A stretch of 64,000 nt of DNA from IMG/VR virus record IMGVR_UViG_2903405734_000002, positions 128,001 through 192,000 of that record; one strand, written 5' to 3'. This stretch comes from a virus (lineage: Duplodnaviria; Heunggongvirae; Uroviricota; Caudoviricetes). This document shows positions 9,414 to 20,111 of the stretch, one piece after another. Every line of letters starts with the position of its first letter. Within the stretch, counting starts at the first letter, position 1. Made by a program: the position numbers and the translations under genes. The notes under the pieces are model-generated. The model was given only the letters and a program-made list of their open reading frames with translations, was not told the DNA's origin and ran no database searches.

Positions 9414-10976
9414 ATGGAAAAGAACGTGACTCTTATTAGCGATTATCAGCACTACTTGATGATGCTCAAGGAGCTGTCTAATGGTCAGCACGAGCAAAAA
9501 ATGGAAGAATATCTTGAACTACTGACGCTCAAGGATAATATTCCTCTCGATCTTGATGCAACTCCGGCTGATTTGGCAAAACTTGATTTTTCTGTTTTTC
9601 AGCTTAGGAAAGCTGAACTGGAAAAAGTTGCCCCAGAAATAAAGAATCTTGTTGATGAAAAAATTCTTTCTTTTAATCCATTTACCCCATTGTATGATGC
9701 TGGGTTTGATAAAAAGCAAGTAACAAATATGCCTGTAGGGTTTTTGAATGATATTCAGACCACTATGGCATTTGAAAAAGAATTCCCAGATGAAGAAAAG
9801 AAACCTCTTTCCGAAAGACTTGCTGCTGCAAAAACAACCATTACTTCATTAATGAAGAATGACAAGGCAAAACTGGCAATGTCAACAGTGATGTTTTCTG
9901 TCGCTGTTGGTACTGGCGGAGGAGCTGCGCTTGCCGTGTCTGCAACCATGTTTGCAACAAAGTTAGCTGAAAATAAGTTTGTCCAGGAACTTCTCACAAA
10001 AACCGAGCAAAGAATCGATAAGTACCTTATCGATGCTGGCTACAAAAAAGAAAAGGTTGAGGAGCGTAAGTCTACATTCGGTGAAAAACTAGAGGCTATC
10101 ACAAGCTCAAAATGGTACAGTCGTATTAAAATGCCAATTGCAGCATGTCTGTTGATTACTGGCATTGGCACTGCGGCAGCGCTGTCAATGTCACACGCTG
10201 GAATGGAATCATTGCCAAATATGAATGTTGCTGCCCTTGTTGAGAAGGGTCGAGATCTGGTGTCTGGACTTGCAAGTAACTTTGATATTCTTGATACAGC
10301 ATCAGTGTCAGATGTAAAAGAAACTGCTCAGAGTGCTTTTGATTCTATTTTCAATTCAGCTCCAGAGGTTCCAAAGTTTGGAGATATTGACTATGGAACA
10401 AATGATGTTTTTGCATTTGAGCCTGTTAAGCCAGAACTGTCATTCGATATCCTGGATGCAAAAACTGATGGCCTTTACGGCGAGGTTAATGCAAGTATGG
10501 ATCCCATTACTCCAGTTACTACTGAGTACACAGCTGAAAAGGGAAGCACCCTGTGGGAGATGGCGAAAGAGCATTATCAGAGTCACACTGGTCATGAGCC
10601 AAGCGGAAAGCAGATTATTGCCATGATTAATGATCTTGGCCTTGAAGATCCGAATAGCATTGATATTAACCAGACCTTTGAGTTTACGAATGACCTCGGC
10701 AAGTATGATAACCTGGATAAGGTAACAGCCGACTGGCTTGATGGAGGCCATCAAGGTTCATCATCAGTCAATCATGCATCACACGCTCAGTCAGTCGATG
10801 CAGCTGTCGGTCATGTTCACAATGCAGCTCCAGCGGGCCAAGCGCCAGCAAGCGCAGTGGAAGAGCCGTTCATTAAACAGAGCGCGGAGATTAGGGAACC
10901 ATTTGATAAAAGTGCTTATGCAAAAGCAGCCTTTATAAACAAATTCCTTAATAATGAGACAGAGCTATCCAGGTGA
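9414..10976 (+). CDS. Membrane-associated protein with LysM-like domain
   Basis: Hydrophobic Gly/Ala-rich helices; YTAEKGSTLWEMAKEHY…NDLGLEDPNSIDINQTF is LysM-like; ends …NNETELSR. Confidence 0.65.
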   Translation: MEKNVTLISDYQHYLMMLKELSNGQHEQKMEEYLELLTLKDNIPLDLDATPADLAKLDFSVFQLRKAELEKVAPEIKNLVDEKILSFNPFTPLYDAGFDKKQVTNMPVGFLNDIQTTMAFEKEFPDEEKKPLSERLAAAKTTITSLMKNDKAKLAMSTVMFSVAVGTGGGAALAVSATMFATKLAENKFVQELLTKTEQRIDKYLIDAGYKKEKVEERKSTFGEKLEAITSSKWYSRIKMPIAACLLITGIGTAAALSMSHAGMESLPNMNVAALVEKGRDLVSGLASNFDILDTASVSDVKETAQSAFDSIFNSAPEVPKFGDIDYGTNDVFAFEPVKPELSFDILDAKTDGLYGEVNASMDPITPVTTEYTAEKGSTLWEMAKEHYQSHTGHEPSGKQIIAMINDLGLEDPNSIDINQTFEFTNDLGKYDNLDKVTADWLDGGHQGSSSVNHASHAQSVDAAVGHVHNAAPAGQAPASAVEEPFIKQSAEIREPFDKSAYAKAAFINKFLNNETELSR

Positions 10977-10995
10977 TATAAAAATCAAGATCAAT

Positions 10996-11020
10996 AAAAA
11001 GGGGCCTAAGCCCCTTTTTT
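10996..11020. terminator. Bidirectional intrinsic terminator
   Basis: AAAAAGGGGC-CTAA-GCCCCTTTTTT between convergent genes. Confidence 0.8.
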
Positions 11021-11636
11021 ATACAGCAATATAAATAACCGATAGAATAACAATGGCTAACGGCAACTCATTAAGAAGGCATGATACGAAGTGTTTCTTG
11101 ATTGATGAATCTTTGACTGGCCTAATATAACAAAGCCCTGGATCATTTTTATCTACATAAATATTAAACTTTCCTTTCACCTTCAAGGCGAGGTTTTTAT
11201 CAGAATCCTCTTTTATTATCCCGATGCTCCTTGAAATATACTCATCACCATTATATTCGTACCTATACTTTATTTCAGTCCCATCATAAAGATCATTAAG
11301 TAGCCTCGCTTCCGAAAGATCTTCCTGTGTAATTAAGTCTGACTCATCCTTATTTTCAGGCTTATAAAATGGGAAGGGGTAATCTGTATTTATTCCAACT
11401 GAAATCAGCTCTGCTGAACACCTATCAAAATCAGCTTTAATTCTTTTGTTTTCATTGACGATAAAATTATTATCAATAATTATTTGCCTCACTCTACCAA
11501 AAAGAAAAAATGACAAAAGCAGGGTTACAGCGCCAGCTATTAGCTGTAGTACAAAATCAGGAAAGATAAATGACAGGATTCCTATAGGAAGAACTACCGC
11601 CGCCAGAATGGATGCATTTTTAACATCAATTTTCAT
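11019..11636 (-). CDS. DUF3592-like membrane protein
   Basis: TM helices flanking IKYRYEYNGDEY and IYVDKNDPG patterns. Confidence 0.55.
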   Translation of the reverse strand: MKIDVKNASILAAVVLPIGILSFIFPDFVLQLIAGAVTLLLSFFLFGRVRQIIIDNNFIVNENKRIKADFDRCSAELISVGINTDYPFPFYKPENKDESDLITQEDLSEARLLNDLYDGTEIKYRYEYNGDEYISRSIGIIKEDSDKNLALKVKGKFNIYVDKNDPGLCYIRPVKDSSIKKHFVSCLLNELPLAIVILSVIYIAV

Positions 11637-11640
11637 TTAA

Positions 11641-12099
11641 TCACCACTTAAAATAATAATAATAACCAAGGAAAACAGTAACCAAAAAGAACGCGGCTCT
11701 TAATGCAAGCCACAAATAAGAGTGTTCGGATGGTTTTAGCATAACTCCTTCATATGGCCTTTTCGGGTTGTAGTATATTACAACTTCGTCTCCCTTTTTT
11801 AGATTGGAAACAAGATGTTTTTGATGATGATTATTAAAAGGATAAAATGTTGCTACGTTAAATCCAATTTTCACCCCATCAATATTAGAAATAGCATAAA
11901 AAAATGACTTCGATGAAAACAAAAACATGCTTATTCTGGATGTGACATTTGCTACGCGAGCATCTACCACCACGGCCTTTGTCTCTTTGTAGTTTTTTGC
12001 ACTCTCAACCTTTGAAATCAATTGATACAATTGATAAAAAGGAAACAAAATCATAAAAAGAGAAAATAAAAATAAAAAAATCGAAAACATAAGAATCAC
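11641..12099 (-). CDS. DUF3592-like membrane protein
   Basis: TM - ETKAVVVD … GDEVVIYYNPKRP - TM. Confidence 0.65.
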   Translation of the reverse strand: MILMFSIFLFLFSLFMILFPFYQLYQLISKVESAKNYKETKAVVVDARVANVTSRISMFLFSSKSFFYAISNIDGVKIGFNVATFYPFNNHHQKHLVSNLKKGDEVVIYYNPKRPYEGVMLKPSEHSYLWLALRAAFFLVTVFLGYYYYFKW

Positions 12100-12119
12100 C
12101 TCACTTATTTTTAAGAATA

Positions 12120-13025
12120 TTATTTCACTTCCATGTAGAATGCAATTTTTTTAGGGTTAATATTGCCCTGATCAATACCATCAAGAATACCAAGCATTTG
12201 CTCACCAAGATCGGCATCGCACCAGGCGAGTCCCGATCTTAGTTTTGATGGGTTCTTGTGCTTGAGGCTCTTACTGATACACTGATGTATCTGCTGAGTG
12301 TATCTTTTTGATATGTTGCTCACAATCATCATGGCTTCCTGCCGATAGTTGTCCTTTGTTAAAATCCCTGAGTCGATTTTTCTTTTGGCTGCCTTTAAGG
12401 CAAGATATGTCCAGTGATTTATATCCCCATTATATCTAAGGCCAAGACTTCTAAAGAATGCAACACTGTCTGGCGTGACATATCCTGCGTTTTTAAGATG
12501 TAAATAAAACAAAGCAGCTACATCTGCGTACATTTCTCGATAAATTGTCCCCTCTGGCTCATCCATGTCTATAGGTGCATCAACCTGGCGAAGCTTTCTT
12601 GACCATTCAACACAGTGCTCTAGCTCATGAATCATAGCAAACTCATCATCAAGAAAAATCTTCTTGTCTCCAAACATGTACCCTACTGACTCTTTTTTAA
12701 TCGATATAAAGCAAAATGACTGACCATTAAGCACAGCAGAAAAAACTGACGAAAGCCTATTTGACTTGAGAAGATCAAGTCGCTTTTTCATTTCAAAATA
12801 GTCTCGCCCAGACAGAGGAATTTCGTACCTCTTGCTGAAAGCCTCTATTTCGCTCTCAACGGCTGATGACTCACTCAAAAGGACTGGGGTGCTGTATCCA
12901 GACAGGTAATTCATGATGAATGATTCAGCGGCATCAGAGGGCGCTACAGATGCATTGGCAGCAAATGACGAAAAAGATGAAAATACAATCAGAAATAGAG
13001 CAAAAATAAAGCCATTAAAACACAT
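12120..13025 (-). CDS. Exported zinc-metallopeptidase-like protein
   Basis: Signal peptide (…SSFA), HELEH (HExxH) and downstream EMYADV. Confidence 0.55.
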   Translation of the reverse strand: MCFNGFIFALFLIVFSSFSSFAANASVAPSDAAESFIMNYLSGYSTPVLLSESSAVESEIEAFSKRYEIPLSGRDYFEMKKRLDLLKSNRLSSVFSAVLNGQSFCFISIKKESVGYMFGDKKIFLDDEFAMIHELEHCVEWSRKLRQVDAPIDMDEPEGTIYREMYADVAALFYLHLKNAGYVTPDSVAFFRSLGLRYNGDINHWTYLALKAAKRKIDSGILTKDNYRQEAMMIVSNISKRYTQQIHQCISKSLKHKNPSKLRSGLAWCDADLGEQMLGILDGIDQGNINPKKIAFYMEVK

Positions 13026-13091
13026 ATGAATCCCTCTGCTAAGATGAGTAGAATTATAGCGCTTTAATGGCTTATTGTCATTTTAAGAATT

Positions 13092-14147
13092 TTATCTATC
13101 AAGACTCGTGTGCATACCAAAACGTCTTTTGAATTTCTCAATGGCGTCTTCATTTTGATTTAAAACAAGAGACTTTGGTATTGGAGTTATTTGCTCGGCC
13201 TTTGTTGATAAGAGAGCCTTTCTTTCTCTTTCTTTTTGCTCCAGCTCTGCCTGTTTTTGCTCATGAGCCTCATCAATCTTTGCCAGCGTCCTGTCATCAA
13301 AGATGGTAACCAGAACGTTTCTTGGCAGGTAATCAGGGGCCTGACTCGCTAAAAACTCGACCGCCTCCCTTCTGGCAAATCCAGATAGTGCAAGGTTCTT
13401 GGTGCATGTCTCAATGCTTTTTTGTACCTTGTACTCATCTTTTTCATTTTTTAAAAACCACAGTGCTGAACGAACTGCCTTTTTTGCTCCAAGATTCGCC
13501 ATTTTGTCTGCATGAAAATTACCGATGCAGTTCATGATTAAGTTTCTTTCCTTGTCATTTTTTGCTGAGTCTGGATTTGGCAAATCTTCTTCATTATCAA
13601 GAGTGTGTGAGCGAACCCATTCTGCCTCAAGAGATAGAATCTTAGAGCTCTTAAGCAACTCACGAATTTCTGACCAGATATTCAAAAGCCGCAGCTCAGT
13701 CCAGTGCCAGCGAACCCTATCCTTTGGATTGATCGATTCTATGGCATTCTTCCTATCAATCATTGCATCAATTTCACACAGTCCCTTGATAACATATGAG
13801 CTATCACTGATAATTTTCATTCGGCCTGGTATTCTCAGATTTGACAACGCAGAATGAACTGCGCGAAGTTCGGCCTCATTGCTGTCAGCATTAAATAGGT
13901 TTCCGCCGCTAACAAACTCTCTGACCTCTCCGCTTACGGTAACGCTTCTGGTATAAACGCCCCATCCAGAAAATGCCCTGCCATCTTTTGATGTTTTGCT
14001 TCCCTTTGATGCACCATCAGTATAAATATAGATATCGGGCCACTTTGGATTGTAAATGGAGGCTTCTTTTATCTTGTGCTTACTCTGCAAAAAACCGTCA
14101 GCGGCACCGAATGAATCCATTAGAGTTTTTATTTTTTCGCTACTCAT
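13092..14147 (-). CDS. Ribonuclease HI-family protein with C-terminal extension
   Basis: YTDGAS, NEAELRA, SDSSYV, WVRSH, GNFHADKMA catalytic pattern; ends …KRRFGMHTSLDR. Confidence 0.85.
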   Translation of the reverse strand: MSSEKIKTLMDSFGAADGFLQSKHKIKEASIYNPKWPDIYIYTDGASKGSKTSKDGRAFSGWGVYTRSVTVSGEVREFVSGGNLFNADSNEAELRAVHSALSNLRIPGRMKIISDSSYVIKGLCEIDAMIDRKNAIESINPKDRVRWHWTELRLLNIWSEIRELLKSSKILSLEAEWVRSHTLDNEEDLPNPDSAKNDKERNLIMNCIGNFHADKMANLGAKKAVRSALWFLKNEKDEYKVQKSIETCTKNLALSGFARREAVEFLASQAPDYLPRNVLVTIFDDRTLAKIDEAHEQKQAELEQKERERKALLSTKAEQITPIPKSLVLNQNEDAIEKFKRRFGMHTSLDR

Positions 14148-14276
14148 TGCATCTACCGCCCAAATGTTCGATCCATATTATAGTTCTTCTTCTTGAATCA
14201 CTTACTATTATAATTTACTATATATTTAAATAACAAACAAGAAAGACTTATTGCTTTTTTAATATAAGGAACATAT

Positions 14277-15062
14277 ATGATTAAAATATTGCACTTCAAT
14301 GACAGGAATGGAGCTTCTGTTATTCACAATATCTCAAGTGGTGATAATTTTATTGTACTCCCTCCGTATGAGGAAAAAAACGCTAGAAAAATCAATAACA
14401 TATACGACACAGATAAATTTGTCGAAGTTGCTAAAGATTTTTCTGAATTGACCGATAAGCTACAGATGATGCTTGTCTCATCTTTTATGGATATGAGCTA
14501 CTCATTTTTTGCAAGACTTTCTGATGGGATTTCAATGTCTCTAACTCCCAGTGAAACAAGGAAAATATTTGCAAGACATGCAGCTGAACAGATCAAAAAA
14601 AGCCCCATGGGTGAGCCATTTATTTTTCTTACGTTTGCTATAAACATGGTGATTGGAATACCTCCCGCTGAACTAAAAAAGATCACTAGCGCACTAGAAA
14701 AAGAAAGCGAAAAAAGGGCCATCTACCTTAAAAAAATGACATCCATTAAGCCGATTGAGTGGGAAAGCATGGCTTCAAGACTTGTCAGGTATGTTCATGA
14801 TGAGCTAATGCCTAGAAATCAGTTTAAGCAAGCAAAATCCATCTTGATGTACATTGCAAAGTCTCACGCCCCAGGAATATCTGAAAAAGACATCCTGGAT
14901 GCTTCTGATCTATACAAAGAGGTTGTAAGATGCGAGAAGGGCTATCTTCATAGCAATGGTCAGAGCACATCTCCATCATTCAAAAAATGGAGTCAGCCAA
15001 GACAGAAAATGCATCCATCAATGTACATGTCATCAAAAATAAACAAAAAATCAACAGAGTGA
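14277..15062 (+). CDS. Hypothetical protein
   Basis: 261-aa ORF with AAGGA RBS; no motif recognised. Confidence 0.65.
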   Translation: MIKILHFNDRNGASVIHNISSGDNFIVLPPYEEKNARKINNIYDTDKFVEVAKDFSELTDKLQMMLVSSFMDMSYSFFARLSDGISMSLTPSETRKIFARHAAEQIKKSPMGEPFIFLTFAINMVIGIPPAELKKITSALEKESEKRAIYLKKMTSIKPIEWESMASRLVRYVHDELMPRNQFKQAKSILMYIAKSHAPGISEKDILDASDLYKEVVRCEKGYLHSNGQSTSPSFKKWSQPRQKMHPSMYMSSKINKKSTE

Positions 15063-15253
15063 AGCGTTTTTCCTTTAGTCTGTTTTTACTTCTTTAGGTG
15101 ACGGGCGCTCATTATACATCGCCTGTCTTTTTTTTGTTTGCAAATTGCATTTTTTTGCAAAAAAAGAATTTTCCTACTCTGTGCGTTCATTGCTCATTTT
15201 CTTGACTATAATAACTTTTATGGATATATTACCAAAAGGTGTTTAGAGACTAA

Positions 15254-18200
15254 ATGAATGATAAAATGAACAAGTGCGTAAATCAGTTGTATCTGCCAGA
15301 ATCAGGCAAAATTGCAGCCTGGGCTGGCCTACCTGGCTCAGCCAAGAGTCTTGCCATCTCCAATGCCAGAAAGCTGACCAAGAGCAGCTTGATGGTTATT
15401 TGTGTTAATGATAGCGAGGCTGAAAGGGTCTATAACGAGATTCGTTTCTTTTCCGAAGAGAATGAAGGCGAGATTTGCTATTTCCCAGAAACGGAAACTC
15501 TTCCATATGATATGGAGTCCCCTCATACTGGCCTAGTCTCCAAAAGGGCAAAGATCCTTATGGAGCTTGCCTCAAGTGATAAGCAGCGAGTGATGGTGCT
15601 TTCTGTTCATGCTTTGATGCAGCGAGTTGCATGCAAAGAGCATTGGGCAACAAACTACCTTAAGTTTTCCCAAGGGATGCCTTTTGATGCTGAAAAAATC
15701 ATCGCAAGGCTTTGTGATCTAGGGTATGTAAACGAAGAACTGGAGGTTTCAGCACCTGGACAATTTGTGTTGAGAAACACAGTTTTCGATATATACCCAA
15801 TAGGCTCTGACATCCCATTCAGACTAAGATTAAACAAAGAGACTATTGGATCTATATCCATGCTTGATGTTAATCACCAAAGAAGCAAATCGAGCGTTAG
15901 CTCATTTATTGCTCAGCCCGCCAGGGAAATGCCAATTAGCGCAGATGCTATTTCACTATTCAGGCAAAGATATCGCTCTTTCTTTGAAAAGGGAGCGATG
16001 GATGAGCTTTATCAAGAAGTAAGTAAAGGCATTCTCCCTCCAGGTATAGAGGCTTACGCGCCTTTCTTCCAGGAAAAAACAGAAACTCTTTTTGACTATC
16101 TTCCTGATGGCTATGACACCAAGATTTTTCTTGTCGGCAATGTGCTTAAAGCAGCCAAAAATTATTTGGATCAGGTGAATTCAAGATACAGTGACCTCAA
16201 AACAGATCTTACGAGGAAAATCCTTCCTCCAGAGATGAACTGGCTAACAGAGGGTGAGTTCAAAGCTCGCTTAAGTAAACATGCAGTAGTAATGACTGCT
16301 GAAAACAGCATTAAAAATGCTGTTATTGATTTTCATGCAGAGAACACCCTTTTTGAAAGAAAATCTGGAATTCAGCTTACAGTTGAAATGATTGCTCCCT
16401 TCATTGAAAAGAGCAAAAAGATTCTATTTTGCCTCAGATCTGATGTTCGAGTTCAAGAAGTAGAGCTGCTGATCCAGATTATGGGCCTAAACATTTCAAG
16501 GGTTAACTCTTGGAGTGATTTTTGGGAAAAGGAAGACCTCGCCATTGCATGTGTCATTTCTGATGTTGATGAAGGATTTTATCAACAAGAAAATGGTTTG
16601 CTCATAATTACTGAAAAAGAGCTATTTGGTCAGCCTATTTTTTCTAAGTCAGAAGATGAAGAAGAAAGCGCTATTAATTACCAGGCCATTCAAGATCTTC
16701 AAAACTTAAACAAGGGAGACCCTATCGTCCATGCTAGATTTGGCGTGGGACGATTCAATGGTCTTGTCACCATGGATTTCCATGGTGTTGAGAGAGAATA
16801 CCTGACCATTTTGTATGCAAATGATGCAATTGCATATGTAAAAATGGAAGATCTTGATTTTGTTTCAAGGTATAGCGGACTCGCTGTAGAAAAGGCTCCG
16901 CTTGATGAAATGGGATCTGAAAAGTGGGTAAAGGAACTTGATTCAGCTATTAGCAACATCAAAAAGACAGCAAAATCACTGATTCAGCTAAAGGCGGAAA
17001 AGAAAAAAAGAAGAGGTAATGCCTGTTCAAAGCCTGGTTATCAATTCTATCGCTTTTGCAACGAATTTCCTTTTCAGGAAACTAGAGACCAAAAGGCCGC
17101 AGTTGATGACATCATAAAGGACATGACATCTATTCATCCAATGGATAGATTGGTCTGTGGGGATGTAGGTTTTGGCAAAACCGAAGTGGCCATGAGAGCC
17201 TCATTTGTGTCCGTTGAAAGTGGGTATCAGGTTGCTGTTATGGTGCCAACAACCCTGTTGGCGAATCAACACTACGAGAGCTTTAAGAAAAGATTCTCTT
17301 CATTCAATGTGAGAATTGAGTGCCTAACCCGCTATGACAAAAAAGACGAGAAAGAGATTTTGTCAGGCGTAGAAAATGGCACGGTCAATATTGTAATCGG
17401 AACGCATCGATTAATTCAGGATGATGTCAGATTCAAGAATATCGGCCTTATGATCATTGATGAAGAGCATCGTTTTGGTGTTAATCACAAAGATAGAATT
17501 AAGGCTGTAAGAAAGAATGTGGATGTTCTTTCGCTAACTGCTACTCCGATCCCCAGAACCATGAGCATGGCGCTACATGGGATTAGAGACATGTCTGTGA
17601 TTGCCACTCCTCCAGCAAAAAGGCTTTCAATCAGAACCTTTGTTAAGCAAGAGGATCCGTCCATTATTAGAGAGTCCATTCAGCGTGAGTTAATGAGGAA
17701 CGGACAGGTATTCTACCTGCACAACAGGGTTGAAACCATTGCTAACAAAGCAGAAGAGATCAAGGCACTTATCCCTGGATTAAGGGTGGGTGTTGCACAT
17801 GGTCAGATGAACGAATACGACCTTGAGCTTGTGATGAGGGATTTTTACAATCACAAGTTTGATGTTCTGGTCTGCACCACGATCATTGAGACTGGCATAG
17901 ATGTACCCAGAGCAAACACCATCCTTATTGATGATGCAGAACGCCTGGGATTGGCTCAGCTACATCAATTGAGAGGTCGGGTTGGTCGTTCTCATCACCA
18001 GGCTTACGCTTACCTGTTTGTTAAGGCTGAGTCTAGTGACAATGCCAACAAACGGATGGAGGCAATGACAAGGGCCACCAATCTTGGTGATGGATTTATC
18101 CTTGCAAACCATGATCTTGAGATTCGTGGCGCGGGGGAAATTCTCGGAGAAGAGCAAAGCGGGCAGATTTACAAGATCGGCTTCTCTCTTTATATGAGAA

Positions 18201-18712
18201 TGCTTGAGAAAGCAGTCGAAATGCTCAGTTCAGGTCAGGATATTGATGACTTCTCAGATCTTGATGATGAGATGAACATCGACATCCAAATTTCTGGATT
18301 GATAGATAAGCACTATATCACCAATGAGAGAGCTAGACTTTCTATTTATAAGAAGTTTGCATCTATCAACAACCTGAATGGACTAAGCAGGCTAAAAGAA
18401 GAGCTTGAGGATGCATACGGCGATCTTCCAAAGAACGCTGAAAACCTTTTGAATATCGCAAGGCTTCGTTGCTACCTAAAGAAAATTGATGTGATTAAGC
18501 TGATTGCTAATGATGCAGAAGGAATGCTGATGCTGAGAAATAAGCGCTCAGCAAGGATTGATAAGCTCATCGACTTGGTTGAGAATCATCCATCACTATT
18601 CACTCTGACAGGGCCATACTCAATCAAGTTTGTCAAAAATACAGCAACAATCAAAGAAAGATTCGCGTTTTTACTGTGGATTGTTGGACAGCTGATATCA
18701 ACCAAAAAGTAA
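15254..18712 (+). CDS. mfd: Transcription-repair coupling factor Mfd
   Basis: ETLPYD UvrB-homology module, CarD/TRCF-like RID, DRLVCGDVGFGKTEVA, DEEHRFG, ATPIPRT, QLRGRVGR, HDLEIRGAGEILGEEQSG. Confidence 0.95.
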   Translation: MNDKMNKCVNQLYLPESGKIAAWAGLPGSAKSLAISNARKLTKSSLMVICVNDSEAERVYNEIRFFSEENEGEICYFPETETLPYDMESPHTGLVSKRAKILMELASSDKQRVMVLSVHALMQRVACKEHWATNYLKFSQGMPFDAEKIIARLCDLGYVNEELEVSAPGQFVLRNTVFDIYPIGSDIPFRLRLNKETIGSISMLDVNHQRSKSSVSSFIAQPAREMPISADAISLFRQRYRSFFEKGAMDELYQEVSKGILPPGIEAYAPFFQEKTETLFDYLPDGYDTKIFLVGNVLKAAKNYLDQVNSRYSDLKTDLTRKILPPEMNWLTEGEFKARLSKHAVVMTAENSIKNAVIDFHAENTLFERKSGIQLTVEMIAPFIEKSKKILFCLRSDVRVQEVELLIQIMGLNISRVNSWSDFWEKEDLAIACVISDVDEGFYQQENGLLIITEKELFGQPIFSKSEDEEESAINYQAIQDLQNLNKGDPIVHARFGVGRFNGLVTMDFHGVEREYLTILYANDAIAYVKMEDLDFVSRYSGLAVEKAPLDEMGSEKWVKELDSAISNIKKTAKSLIQLKAEKKKRRGNACSKPGYQFYRFCNEFPFQETRDQKAAVDDIIKDMTSIHPMDRLVCGDVGFGKTEVAMRASFVSVESGYQVAVMVPTTLLANQHYESFKKRFSSFNVRIECLTRYDKKDEKEILSGVENGTVNIVIGTHRLIQDDVRFKNIGLMIIDEEHRFGVNHKDRIKAVRKNVDVLSLTATPIPRTMSMALHGIRDMSVIATPPAKRLSIRTFVKQEDPSIIRESIQRELMRNGQVFYLHNRVETIANKAEEIKALIPGLRVGVAHGQMNEYDLELVMRDFYNHKFDVLVCTTIIETGIDVPRANTILIDDAERLGLAQLHQLRGRVGRSHHQAYAYLFVKAESSDNANKRMEAMTRATNLGDGFILANHDLEIRGAGEILGEEQSGQIYKIGFSLYMRMLEKAVEMLSSGQDIDDFSDLDDEMNIDIQISGLIDKHYITNERARLSIYKKFASINNLNGLSRLKEELEDAYGDLPKNAENLLNIARLRCYLKKIDVIKLIANDAEGMLMLRNKRSARIDKLIDLVENHPSLFTLTGPYSIKFVKNTATIKERFAFLLWIVGQLISTKK

Positions 18713-18739
18713 AAAGACCGCCGATTGGCGGTCTTTTTT
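18711..18739. terminator. Bidirectional intrinsic terminator
   Basis: AAAAAGACCGCC-GATT-GGCGGTCTTTTTT. Confidence 0.85.
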
Positions 18740-19292
18740 ATCCGTTGATGATCACATTGTAAAGAACATAAAAACAAGAAAGAATAATGACAATCGGAGG
18801 AATGATATAAAAGGCAAGGCTTTTTGTTGCGGCCTTGTTTAGGATTGAATCAGAGGGTCTTTTGGGGTTGTAGTATACAGACACCCTCTTGCCCTCAAGC
18901 TCCCTAACATCTTTAAAACCTCTCATTCCAGGCATGAGATTTAAAGCACCTTCTGTTGTCTCGGATGAATAGATGCTAAACCTATTCCCCCTGTAATCTA
19001 CATCATCAACGAGATAACTGTAATCAATTGAGATTTTTCTCTCAAACCACAAAAACTGGCTAACAGACACAGAAGTGATTTTACCAAGAGTGTGCGGCAA
19101 CAGTCTTGTTCTTTCCTCTCTAACATTGATTAGTGTTTGAAATAGAGATGATGCGGCCAAGATAAGCATCATTACAGACATGAGTCCAAGCATCCATGAC
19201 AAGCTTAACTCATTCCCTTCAATTCCATTACTATTGTTGTAAACCACATATGCAAGGCAAGAAGTTGCCAGCACCATAATAAATTTAAACAC
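18738..19292 (-). CDS. DUF3592-like membrane protein
   Basis: TMs, GKITS, IDYSYLVDDVDYRG, VSVYYNPKRPSDSIL. Confidence 0.7.
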   Translation of the reverse strand: MFKFIMVLATSCLAYVVYNNSNGIEGNELSLSWMLGLMSVMMLILAASSLFQTLINVREERTRLLPHTLGKITSVSVSQFLWFERKISIDYSYLVDDVDYRGNRFSIYSSETTEGALNLMPGMRGFKDVRELEGKRVSVYYNPKRPSDSILNKAATKSLAFYIIPPIVIILSCFYVLYNVIING

Positions 19293-19541
19293 CTTTGAAC
19301 CCTCGCTAACAATCTTACCAGTGATGATGAAGCAAGCCGCAGTACAAAAAACACACTCACTGTCAGCATTACCAGCTTTATTTTACCAGATAATTATTGT
19401 TGTTAATTCAATAAAAATTAGTTACGATATCAAAAATCTATCGCGATTTTTATCACAATAATATTAAACTAAAACAATATCAAGTCATTGTTTTGGTCAA
19501 AAAAAGAACAGCACCTTGGGAATCACTAGAAAGGGAAAACA

Positions 19542-20111
19542 ATGATAAAAACAGCCCCTTACATTATCACTGCAATTTTTGGTGTTTTTTTTGTAAAAAC
19601 AATCAGTTTGGGTCAAGAAAACATACTAATGACGGCAAATCTGGCCTATGCAAGCGGTTCATTGTATATTTCGACTGTTGTTTTTTTTCTTATTCATGTC
19701 TTTGTTCTTACGAGAAAGAACACTAGATTTATATCAAGAAAATTTAACTATGAAAGATTACTGAAACTAAGCTGGCAACAGTTTGAGGAAATGACTTCTG
19801 AGTATTTTTTGCTTCAAGGATTTAAATCAAGGGTTGTTGGCGGAGGGGGAAGTGATGGCGGAATTGATGTCATCATAGAAAAAAATGGTCGTTCTTATAT
19901 TGTTCAATGCAAACACTGGAAGACCAAGAAGGTTGGGGTTCAGATAGTTAGAGAAATGTATGGACTTGTTCATGCTCATAATGCCAGCGGAGCAAAAATT
20001 GTTTCGACACTGGGTTACTCAAAGCAGGCATATGAATTTGCTAAAGGCAAGCCAATTGAGCTGATTACTGGTAAGCAAATCATTGAAAAAACCTCAGGTT
20101 CTAGAAATTAA
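19542..20111 (+). CDS. Mrr_cat-family restriction endonuclease domain with N-terminal TM helices
   Basis: LSWQQFEE, GSDGGID, IVQCKHW, VGVQIVRE, ELITG. Confidence 0.85.
   Translation: MIKTAPYIITAIFGVFFVKTISLGQENILMTANLAYASGSLYISTVVFFLIHVFVLTRKNTRFISRKFNYERLLKLSWQQFEEMTSEYFLLQGFKSRVVGGGGSDGGIDVIIEKNGRSYIVQCKHWKTKKVGVQIVREMYGLVHAHNASGAKIVSTLGYSKQAYEFAKGKPIELITGKQIIEKTSGSRN

Noticed and set aside
19542-20111. Mrr-like gene as a novel defence system
   Set aside because: TM plus Mrr_cat proteins are common, and no partner methylase or defence genes are adjacent.
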